Below the pieces are notes generated by a model. That model saw only the letters and a program-made list of their open reading frames with translations, did no database searches and was not told the DNA's origin. A stretch of 64,000 nucleotides of DNA from Dimorphilus gyrociliatus. Taxonomy: Eukaryota; Animalia; Annelida. Below, piece after piece: positions 41,796-55,742 of this stretch (position 1 is the stretch's first letter; every line of letters starts with the position of its first letter). The DNA lies in NCBI GenBank assembly GCA_904063045.1, contig CAJFCJ010000009.1, positions 2,356,968 through 2,420,967 on the forward strand. The letters are read 5' to 3'. Made by a program: the position numbers and the translations under genes.

Positions 41796-44062
41796 ATGCT
41801 ATATTGTAATCTCAAAGTTTTATTTTTAGCGACTATTCTTTTACAAATTGCTTATTCTCTTGAAATGTCAGTGCAGAAGAAATTAATTCATATATCAGAA
41901 TTGCCAATATGGAATTTAACGCATTACGAAAGATTATCTCGCAATTTAAAAAATATTCTAAGAAATTCAGATTTTAAACTAATATTATCACATTTAAAGG
42001 AAAGCACTGAGCTGTTAGTTTTTAATCTACCGTTTCTAAGACATTTTTGTAAATTAAAGAACTCTTCTTTATGGATAAAAACGCACAAGTAATAAATAGT
42101 CCTATATTTTTTCTAGTCACTCTTTTTGATTTAATATTTTTCATACATTTTTAATATCCAATTAATTTAAGATTGTGTGGTGAAAATGTAATTCTTAACT
42201 TGAAGCCAGACCTTCCTCTAAAATCAAGAGATATACTAAGATTCCTATTTGAAATGCTGAATATCTTGGAAATTAGGCCAATCTTTATAATCAACGACAG
42301 CTTTATCGAATTTGGTAAAATTAATCTGCTTTCAAATATTTTCTGTGAATGAGAGAAAGAACGCCATATTTTTTCTAGATGTTAACGATTTGTTATTAGA
42401 AAAGAGGTTAGATATTGTTAAAATCTCTGACGTTACTGCAGAATTTGTTAGCGACCTTTCAAGAAGCCGTCTTTGTGTTATTATAACACTATTGAATCAA
42501 CCTTTGTCGCCTATTTTGAAGAGAATAGAAAATTCTATTATCATAACTCCAACAGACAGATTAGCCATATATAATTTGCAATCAAAGATGTCAAAAAATC
42601 ATTATCTCCTGGTCTTTCATGAGGTTAACTTATATTTTTATTAAAAAAAAAGAACCTTAACGAAAAGCCTAATTAAATAAATGAAGGAAGAGAAGTAAAG
42701 TTAAGTTGATATTAATTTCCTCTACAGGAACCTCTACTGAGAGATCCCTCTGATTGCAAGGAAGAATTAAAATTCTCAATAAAAAACAAGACTTTCTGTA
42801 ATAATAGACTGAATGACATAAGAAGAAAGAAGAATATAAAATTTATATTTGTTGAAAGTCATAAGGTTTCTTCAAAAGCCTCACAAAATGAAATGGAAGG
42901 ATTTTTTCACGAATCAATCGACAGATTTAGCGGTTAATCCATTTGAGAAAAGGGTATAAAACCACTTAACATCTTTTCCTGTTTCTTTCAACAGATAACA
43001 CGCAAAAAAGCCATCTAGCAAAATTCGAATTTAACACAGAAACGGGTAAAATAAAAACCATCAATTTTTTATCATTAATAATGAAGAAACCGCATCTTCA
43101 AACTGTCCAAAATCAAATTATCGTAATAAAAAGGTCAAAAATATCATTTAATCCATTTTCCTTCAAAGTTTGGTGCTTTATAATTGGATTTACTTTGTTA
43201 AAGACAGTGCTCATTTATCTTTTCAACAAAGATAAAAATAGTGAGGATAGAAGAATTAATTTGGGAAAATTGTCAGTTGGCTTGATTTGTTGTTTGTTAA
43301 TTCTATTCTCGAAACACATGCCTTTTTTGAATTTGGCTATTATATCCAGATTCTTGTTATTGATTTACGCTTTTTTTTGTGTTTTCATTCGCCTCTTTTT
43401 TTTCGGAAACTTCGTTGTTTTCGCTTATTCTGCTTTATCTAGAAATAAAGAAATCGACTTGGGAACAGAATTGTCGGAAAGAATTGACAAGTTTATATCG
43501 ATAGACAATTGGCCCTGCTCTTATTGTACTAATTCAGCTAAAAGTTGGAATGAAGAATTCGATTTGTTAACCGATCAAACAGCCTTAATAGGTCTCTACA
43601 ATCAATCCTGTTCGTCCATCCCTAGCGATTGCCTTGTATTCCGAAAAGAGTCGGACAGTCAGTTTAACATGCCTGTTTGTCGATATAGTAAAAGTGATCG
43701 AAAAAGGTCATTTGCTGTTGGTATAATTCTCCTATTATATTACTTCTGTGTATTATCTCTCGCGGGATCGATTGTACTTATTTTACTGTACTGCAAGGAA
43801 CTTTATAACCCAACAGAGGAGTTAGCTTACGAAACAATAAAATCACAGAAAAAGGTCCATAATTCTAATAAATATAATATTTTTACTGATTAGTGATATC
43901 AATTTACAGAAAAGGCGTAAAATTCATATTCAACACGTCCTTCTTCTTTTAAAGGAGGCCAAAAAGAGACTGCTCAAAGAAATACGTTGTCCCTTCGCAA
44001 AATTATCCAGATTCAAGGCTTCTCTCTTATCAAATAGAGTTGCTAACAGAGGAAAATATTAA
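41796..44062 (+). CDS. Highly divergent ionotropic receptor/iGluR-like membrane protein
   Basis: Signal peptide, extracellular region, pre-M1/M1 FNPFSFKVW, an M3-like RFLLLIYAFFCVFIRLFFFGNF and an M4-like helix. An extra terminal exon 43910-44062 is in phase with the donor at 43855. Splicing across 42728-42995 is ambiguous. Confidence 0.65.
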
Positions 44063-44163
44063 CAAGTTTTATATTATTTACATTAAGCTGTATTTTTTTT
44101 TCATTCTTGTAATACATTTGTTTACTAACAAAATTACAGATTTTCTGTATAGTCTATTATTCT

Positions 44164-44805
44164 CTATGCCGAAGTTTTAGTGTCTGGAGTTTCTGTTACT
44201 CCATACTTTTTATTCCAGCGATCAATATATTCTAATTTTGCTTTTTCTCTCTTTGCAAAATAATCAGGATATTGCTTCCGTTCTGATGGATGCCAATGAT
44301 CAATTAACTGAAAAAAGGGGAATTTTTATAGTTCTTTGATTAGCAGTAATTATAAAGCATTTACGTACCCAATCGGGCACCCATGGTTCCCTTCCGTAAG
44401 CTACGCCTCCTGGAGAGTCGGGATCTGTAGGAATTGGTGTTTTATTAATAGAACGCTATAGTAAATAATGGAAAAGATAATACATTTTATTGGTTGAGGA
44501 TGCGCTTTCAAAAATAATTCATGTTCTCCGGCTTGCAAAACTTCCTTAGCCTTTCGAACATCATTTATATCCTTGTTCTCATCAAATCGTTGCCTCAACA
44601 GCACAGCATGATAGCGGTAAAGGTGCCTGAAATCAAACAAATGACCTTCAGGTTTGAATGCGAAAAAACTCGAATCTAATCAATTTTGCCGAAGAAATAA
44701 AGCTCACCTCTCTATATAATATGCTTGTAAATTTCTTAAACTCTCCTTGTACAATCGTCTGACTCTAGCAGCCTGAGAAATAGCTTTTGTTTGCAAATAT
44801 GCCAT
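44164..44805 (-). CDS. NDUFB9: NADH dehydrogenase 1 beta subcomplex subunit 9 (LYR family)
   Basis: MAYLQTKAISQAARVRRLYKESLR, YRYHAVLLRQRFDENKD, HPQP, FPDSPGGVAY and DHWHPSERKQYPDYFAKREK. Confidence 0.95.
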
Positions 44806-45058
44806 ATCCTCGGCGGAAGTGTCTGCAATCGATAGTTTCGTATAAATATTCTTTTATAAAGGAAAAATATTTCTTCCAAATACAAAATAATTATATTCTT
44901 TTCGTTAAATCATTGTATAACTTTATAACCTGAAATACGAAAATAACTAATAGAAATATAGTGAAATTCTGTGCGCTACTTTAATTTTTCAATTTTCTAA
45001 AATTCTTTCTGGCCTTAATTGTAGATGGTTACATTGGAAATTGAACTCTAATTATACT

Positions 45059-48083
<3,025 letters not shown>

Positions 48084-48623
48084 TTAAAATCAAAGTTGAA
48101 TCCATTTTCGTTCGTTAAATTATAATAATTTTTATAATCATGTGAATGAATACAGCCTCCTTTATAAAAAAAAACAACTGCAAACATTTAATTAGCCTCA
48201 TTTTATTCCTTTAATAATTTCTCAAAGGTAAGCAATCAGACAACAACAAAGAAAAAAGTTAATATCGTATCTTTTTAATCCTATTGCAAGACGACTTACA
48301 GCTTAATAAGATCCTATTTCTCGATTACCAACAAGTCTAAAAGAAGAATGAAAATGATAGACAACTAAGAATTTTTGTCCAAAATTGAGGCAAAACTAGA
48401 AACCTTTCAAAACAATAAGACCAAAGCCATATAAACAAGTAATTACAGTCGGAAACGATTTGCCTTCTTTATAAAATAACTCTAGATGGAGAATTCCTTG
48501 TAGAATTTTATGTTATTTAATAAAAATGACAATACTTTGAAAATATTTGAAAAAAAGGGTTTTAAATTTAAAAAAATAAAGAAGTTCAGGGTCTGGGGGG
48601 GAAATAAATAGGGTTTAAGGAAA

Positions 48624-50143
48624 ATGGTGAGAAATAGCAAATTTAAACCAAAGCTTTGATTAATAACAGTTAATCCTTATTATCCCGTAATCGTTATTTA
48701 GAAGGAAGTCATTAGTATCCATGTAGGTCAGGCTGGTTGCCAAATTGGAAATGCTTGTTGGGAATTGTATTGTTTAGAGCACGGCATTCAAGCAAATGGA
48801 TCTATGAGTCCTGAATGGGAATCGTCTGTCGATAACAGTTTTCAATCATTTTTTAGAGAAACCGGATCAGGAAAATTTGTTCCTAGATCTATATTTTTAG
48901 ATTTAGAACCAACTGTTATTGATGAAGTTAAAACTGGTGTTTACAAAACTCTTTTTCATCCTGATTTTATGATAACTGGGAGGGAAGATGCTGCTAATAA
49001 TTATGCGAGAGGGGCTTATAATATTGACTATAATAATACATTAGACGAGTTTGAAGATGCGATTAGAAGGCAAACTGAAGCTTGTGCAGGATTAGAAGGT
49101 TTCTTCATATTTCACTCTTTCGGGGGTGGTACCGGAAGTGGCTTTAACAACAGAATATGTCAATCGTTAAGTGAAACTTTTGCTAAAAAGAATAAATTTG
49201 CATTTTCAATTTATCCAGCCCCTCAAATTTCAACAGCAATCGTTGAACCTTATAATGCTGTTTTATGTACTCATCCAGCACTTGAACTAATTGATTGTGA
49301 ATTTTTGTTTGACAATCAAGCAATTTATGAAATATGCGATAGGTTCTTAAATGTCACAAGACCTACTTACACTAATTTGAATCGTTTAATATCTCAAGTA
49401 GTCTCCAGCATTACCACCTCTCTAAGATTCGAAGGTTCAATTAATGTTGATCTGACAGAATTTCAAACTAATCTTGTTCCTTATCCCCGAATCCATTTTC
49501 CATTGACTGCATACGCTCCAATAAGACCAGTTGAAAAGGCATATCATGAGCGACTTACTACTTCAGAACTGACTAAGTCTGTTTTTGATCCTCTCCATCA
49601 GATGGTTAAATGCGATCCCAGAATTGGAAAGTATATGGGTACTCTTTAAAATTTAAACAATTAGCTAATTATTTTCAGCTAATTTTTCCATTTTTTATCT
49701 CTTTTCCCTCCTTTTCCTTAGCTTGCACGTTACTCTATCGAGGTGACGTTAACGCCAATGAATATATGACATCAATTAACAGTATCAAACAAAGTAGAAA
49801 TGTCAAGTTTGTAGATTTTGTACCAACTGGAATAAAAGTAGGCCTAAATTATCAACCGCCTGCTGTTGTGCCAGGAGGAGACTTGGCAAAAGTTATGAGA
49901 GCTGTCTGCATGTTGTCAAATACAACGGCAATGGCTTCAGCGTGGGGAAGACTAAATACAAAATTTGATCTTATGTATAGAAAGAGGGCATTTGTGCATT
50001 GGTACGTTGGCGAAGGTATGGATGAAGGTGAATTTTGGGAAGCTCGAGAAGATCTAGCAGCACTTGAAAAGGATTACGAAGAAGTTGGCTTAGATACAAA
50101 TATTAACAGTCCATCAATAGAAAGAAACGAAGAAACGGTATAG
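48624..50143 (+). CDS. Divergent alpha-tubulin
   Basis: ATG then an intron (48627-48701), [41 protein letters not shown] and [11 protein letters not shown], with a second intron near 49640-49720. An alpha-type tail up to EKDYEEVG. Confidence 0.95.
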
Positions 50144-50395
50144 AAACTAATGCAATAAAGATAAATAAAACAATAAAGAAATAGTAAATAAATAAATAAG
50201 ATTAATTTTTAATAAACAAACAAAAGGAATCTTTTTAATTTTCAGTCGTAAAAAATATTAACAAACAATATTTTTTATAATATTTTTGTATCTATAAAAG
50301 AGAGATAATCCAATGAACGATAACTCTATCTTCTTCGTTTTCTTTAGTATTTGGTGTTCTTTTCTTTTTCTAATTTATATTTATTTTTCGCTTAT

Positions 50396-50532
50396 TTAAT
50401 AAAAAACGACTGTATGTAGGAACATTCTTTGGCATTTCTGTTCTATTTCGTGTACAATTTCATCTATATCATTATCTAGGTCATCTGATTCTGCCAACTG
50501 TTTAATACAAGTAAGTCATATGATAATAAGAA

Positions 50533-50563
<31 letters not shown>

Positions 50564-51243
50564 GAGTCAGTTAGCTTACCATAGCTACAAGATCACATAT
50601 GATAAATGCACCAATTGTTGCTTCGTCTTGATTATCTTGAATATCGAGGTTTAGTATGTGAACGCAGTCTTCTGTGGTTGTTCTCTCTTTGCGAAGTTCC
50701 AGATCTGAATCATAAATGTATTTTATACATAATACTAAGGAGATTAACTGCTGTCAAACCTTCCACGACTTGGTCATATACTCTCTCCTCACATGTGATT
50801 ATGACATCGAATTTTTCATGATAATCTTGGAATCTTTCAGGAGCCTCTTTGATTCTTCTATTCCTATCTAACATGTGCAATAGACCATTTTGGGTATAAC
50901 TGAATGATAGAAACATTCAGGAAAGATCATATTTTAAATGTAAAAATGTTAATAAATAATATAACTACGAGTCGAATTTCCATTAACAATTTACTTGTTA
51001 AAAAAATATAAAAGGATACAAAGATTCATCTTTTTGTTGCAGGTCTCTATACATTTCGTCGTAAGATACGTTAAAATCGTATATATTAGGTTTATCGGCT
51101 GCTTGGCCGGGTAGCTTTACATGATTTCCTGAACCAAATGATTTTACCCTGAAGCCTTTCTTTGCCAGGAAATTGTGAGCCTCCATACTCCGATTTTGAT
51201 TACTAGAGCAAACTACAGCTATTCTTAAGCAATTAGACGACAT
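50396..51243 (-). CDS. SSU72: RNA polymerase II CTD phosphatase SSU72
   Basis: Catalytic [13 protein letters not shown] (CX5R), [42 protein letters not shown] and LHTVVFY*. Four exons. Confidence 0.97.
50538..50562. repeat. (TA)n microsatellite; similar runs near 5152, 5930, 9558, 25525, 61055 and 63838
   Basis: Direct dinucleotide runs. Confidence 0.9.
50900..51019 (-). other. U12-type (minor spliceosome) GT-AG intron in SSU72
   Basis: The 5' site is GTATCCTTTT. A branch-like TTTCCTGAAT lies ~17 nt before the 3' AG. Confidence 0.75.
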
Positions 51244-52228
51244 GTTTTAAGTTTATTATCAGTCAAATTTAACAATATCTCTTATAACTTAAGGTTGCCG
51301 GTTTGTTTTGTAAATTGCAGAAAATCGGGTATAACTAAACTCCGTTCTATGTGTTCGCTAAAGGGCATGTAAATTCGTTGGTTATAAGAAGAAAACAATG
51401 TTAGTTCATTTGGTTAAATTTCTCTTTATAACGAGCTTGCAGAAAGTTACTATTTATTAAAAATTTGAGGAAGATGAAACCAATTAACCATATTAAAATG
51501 AATAATTCACTTAATAGCCTTTCATAAGTATTGTACAAGTGCAATTTAGTTAGTCCTTCCCTTCAAAGTTATTTTCGTAATCGTACTACTTGTTTTGAAA
51601 GTTGCAAAAACTTGGATTGTTATCGTCTCTAGGTCTTCTTTTCGGAGACCTAAAAAAGCTAGACACAATGCTGATCTTTTTAGATTTTTGTAAACAAAAT
51701 AAAACTTCCTTTATTAAATCTCATATCCAAACTATGATGAAAGATAAAAGCGAAATTAGTCATATGAAAAGTGACTAAGAAATATCAGTTCTCTATGAAA
51801 AACCATTGACTTCCAGATAGTTCGTCTATTAAAAAAATGAAAAAGGAGATCAGAAATCTGCGATGTTTGAAATTTCAGACCATGAATGTATGCTAAAAAG
51901 GCTGTAACATTGGAAACTACCCGTTTATAGAGTTAAAATAAAAGCGAAGACTACCTTTGTTTCAATTTTCTAAAATTTGTCCTATTAAATGTCACACTCC
52001 TATCTATATTTCCTAGTAAGGGTGTATTTTCCAATGTAATATAAACTTTAAGTTAGTAGATCGTACTGTGTTTTATCGTTAGTTATATAACAAGATAAAG
52101 TAAGTAGTAGTGTAAAATATATAAATGATTTATTCAGAATTTAATACCATTTTTTAGTGCATGTTTTAAGTCTGAAAACGATATTTTTAACAAGATGACG
52201 TACTTCATTTCTGAACTTAAATTCTTTC

Positions 52229-52639
<411 letters not shown>

Positions 52640-53565
52640 CTTCTGAAATAAGATTTAAGTGATAAGACTCGAAAAATACTTTATTGCACGAATAGAAGAA
52701 CTCGTTCGAATATCGAATGAGCCGTAAAGACGTAGTACCGCAGAAAATTATGAACAACGCCCTCTGTTGAGTATGCGATTTCCCAACAAATCATTTTTCA
52801 TAGGCTAAACAACAATTGCCATAGAATTTTTGTATTGCACCAATTGTTGGCTTCTGAGAGCTTGTTCGAAGAAACATGAAGAAGCACCAAACCAAAATTG
52901 GGCAATGGCTTTCAACCAAATTATATTCTCCTTACGATAAGCCTATTAGATTGAAAATTTCAAGTGCTATTTGATAATAAATGAGAGGAACATCTAAAAT
53001 AAAAACGTTATCCAAGTAAGAAATCTTTCTTCTGTATTTTTTCATACAAAGTACAAGAATATACAAAAATTCTTTCAAAGCTTTTATGCATATAAGAAAG
53101 CATAAGTTAATTTTTGTTTTGCTTTAGGCGTATATGTTAAGTCCAAATGATATTAGTTTGGAATATAGCTGCCAGAATACTCAAGCACAATGCTATAAGC
53201 GCTCTGCTAAAAGACTTTGAAATATGTATAGGATTAACAAGAAAGTTGCATAATTGATTACTTCATTTATTCATATTTCCTGGTATTAATAAAGTGAGCT
53301 AATGTTGGGTATTAAATGGTTAATGTTTTGAATATGAATATCTTGTTGGAAAAGACTTATAAGAAGTTAATAAGATGGATTGAATATTATATGAATTGAA
53401 AATTATAAATAGAGAAAATGAAATTATTTCTAATTTCAATGTGAAACGGGAGATGTCGCTTTTGCTAGAGGAAACGGAAATAGGAACGTTCGTGGAAGAA
53501 GTGGTATACTCTTTCGTCATTGTTTACTCTTTTATGCTGTGAAGCTAATGATCTTATAAAACGAA

Positions 53566-55043
53566 ATGGATAAGCTTTTAAAACCGTTCCAGAGACTTCA
53601 TTCTAGGACCGAATCATCTCAACCAAGTAATTTTAAATGACATTCATTTTATACGATGTCAGTTTATTTGTTTTCTTTGCAATAGAAATTTCAGAGACAT
53701 GGACTAATGCTTTAGCACAAAAAGAAGGTGTTACTTTTTGTTTAAAATCTCTTGGTAGTATGTTAGTAGAAGAATTAGAAGATGGTGTAAGTTACGGCGA
53801 ATCAGTTTCAGCCGAAACTGTTTCTACAATTGTCAATATGGTATGCCTATAAAATACTAAGCAAAGATATCAAGTGCATTTGTTGCATTAGCTAAATATA
53901 TTTCCTTATTAAATTTAGAATAAAGCAAAAAAACCGGAAAAAGTGAAATTAAATATTACTCCAAACGGAATTACGGTTAAACATGGGTCGGAAGAGCTGC
54001 AAACTTTTACAGAAATAGATCGAATAAGCTTTTGTACAGCTGATCAAAAACACGAAAAAGTATTTGCGTATATAGCAAGAAATAAAGAGAATGAAACTAT
54101 GGAATGTCGTGCCTTTTTGTGTAATAACAGGAAATTGGTATGATAAACAAATAATACAAGTTTACAATTATTCTGATTCTAAACAAAACTGACGTCATAT
54201 TGTATTTATTTTACAGGCGCAAGCTGTTACTTTGACAGTTGCGCAAGCCTTCGAAATTGCTAAAAGTCAATACGAGGAAGAGAGAGCAACAAGAAAAGCC
54301 GAACAACTACGAAAGGTATCAGGAGTATTTTATTTACTTAAATCTTATTAATATTGATTTAAAAAATATGTTATCTTTAAAAAAAAAGAGAGCTTTAGTT
54401 ATTCTCCTATCATTTGAAACGTTTAGCACTATATAATTTATTGTTATTTTTCTATTTTTACCTCTGTTACGAATCATGCCTTGGTGGTGATTGTTGAAAC
54501 ATGCCCGAAAATAGTCGATGACCCAATTCTGTTAAAGTGTGTCGGGAAAACATTAGTAGGCCTACACGAAAATAATTCAGTCTGGTTTAGCGGACTACGC
54601 ACTATGTGCACTTGAAAAAAATACGGCTTCTTTTTATAATATCATAATATTTATTTATATCAGGAAAATGATGAAATAAACAAGAGAAGGCAAGCTAGCA
54701 GTGCCATACCAATTACTCCATCTGCAGGCTCAAATAAACAACAAAATCAGGAAATATTAAAGAATAACGTTAATGGAACTGAATTTGATGTCGATAATAC
54801 GTTTTCTGAGTGAGTTCGATCGTTTTATTTGCTACTTAATTTGCTTGCACTTACTACTATTTTCTTTCTTTATAAAGTTTTGCCAGACAAAGAGCTTCAC
54901 CGGCAACTTCGCCAAATAATCCTTTCCGGGGTTTTCACTTAGGCCTACATGAACGAGATTTACACGAAAATTTTGACGAATATGCCATGGGAAATAAATT
55001 CTCTCCAGGAAGTCCCAGAAGTCCAATCATGGGAAGTATTTAG
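53566..55043 (+). CDS. LDLRAP1: PTB-domain clathrin adaptor, LDLRAP1/ARH-like
   Basis: ISETWT...EGVTFCLKSLG, RISFCTADQKHEKVFAYIA, ECRAFLC..LAQAVTLTVAQAF, and an FxxFxxxR AP-2 motif in the tail. Confidence 0.82.
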
Positions 55044-55742
55044 GAGAAAAGAACTTAAATACCAGATAATACCAAATTTAGAGTCTCGGATCTTAAAAAA
55101 ATCTGATTAATTTTTTTTTAAAAAATTAAGGATTAGCCTAAAAAACAAATGAACCAATGTATCGTATACAAAGAAAACTGGTACTTATACATATATTTCT
55201 CCACTTCTCTCCCTCCTTACTTTTTTAAAGGCTTTTTTTTTATTTATTTTTCGTTTTTTATACACTGCACGATTATTGTTTTTTTTTAATTATTTAAATA
55301 TTTTGTTTCCGAGATCTGAAAGTTTATTGTAAAAAAAAAAAAAAAGAAAATAAATAAAAAAAAAACAAAAGAACATAAGAAGCTTTTTGTGAAATCAAGT
55401 CTGCAAGAATTGTTTATGAAAGAAAAAGAAACAAATAAAGCAAAATGACACTTTCTCGCTTGAAATGCTAAATGTTAAAGATGTATTTTTTCTCAATATC
55501 TATTTCTTTTTTGGTTTTATCAGTCACTACCACTACCTCATTGCTGTATTGACTGTACCATAAATTTTTATTATTGCTTTTTTGTATTCCAGCGTACATC
55601 AGTAATGCAATTTTTTTTGGGTTATATTTAAATATGTACATATATTGAATAATTGTACCGGAAATAGGCAAAAAAGCAAACAAAAAAAAACAATTAAACA
55701 ATACAGATATTAAAGGAAGAAAATGGTCTTTGATTTCTTTTC

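Noticed and set aside
52700-53520. Open stretches between NEDD8 and the PTB adaptor (including the 53320..53520 ORF and a hydrophobic RALIALCLSILAAIFQ frame)
   Set aside because: Could not be assembled into a phase-consistent gene; probably UTR or promoter, though a small gene is not excluded.
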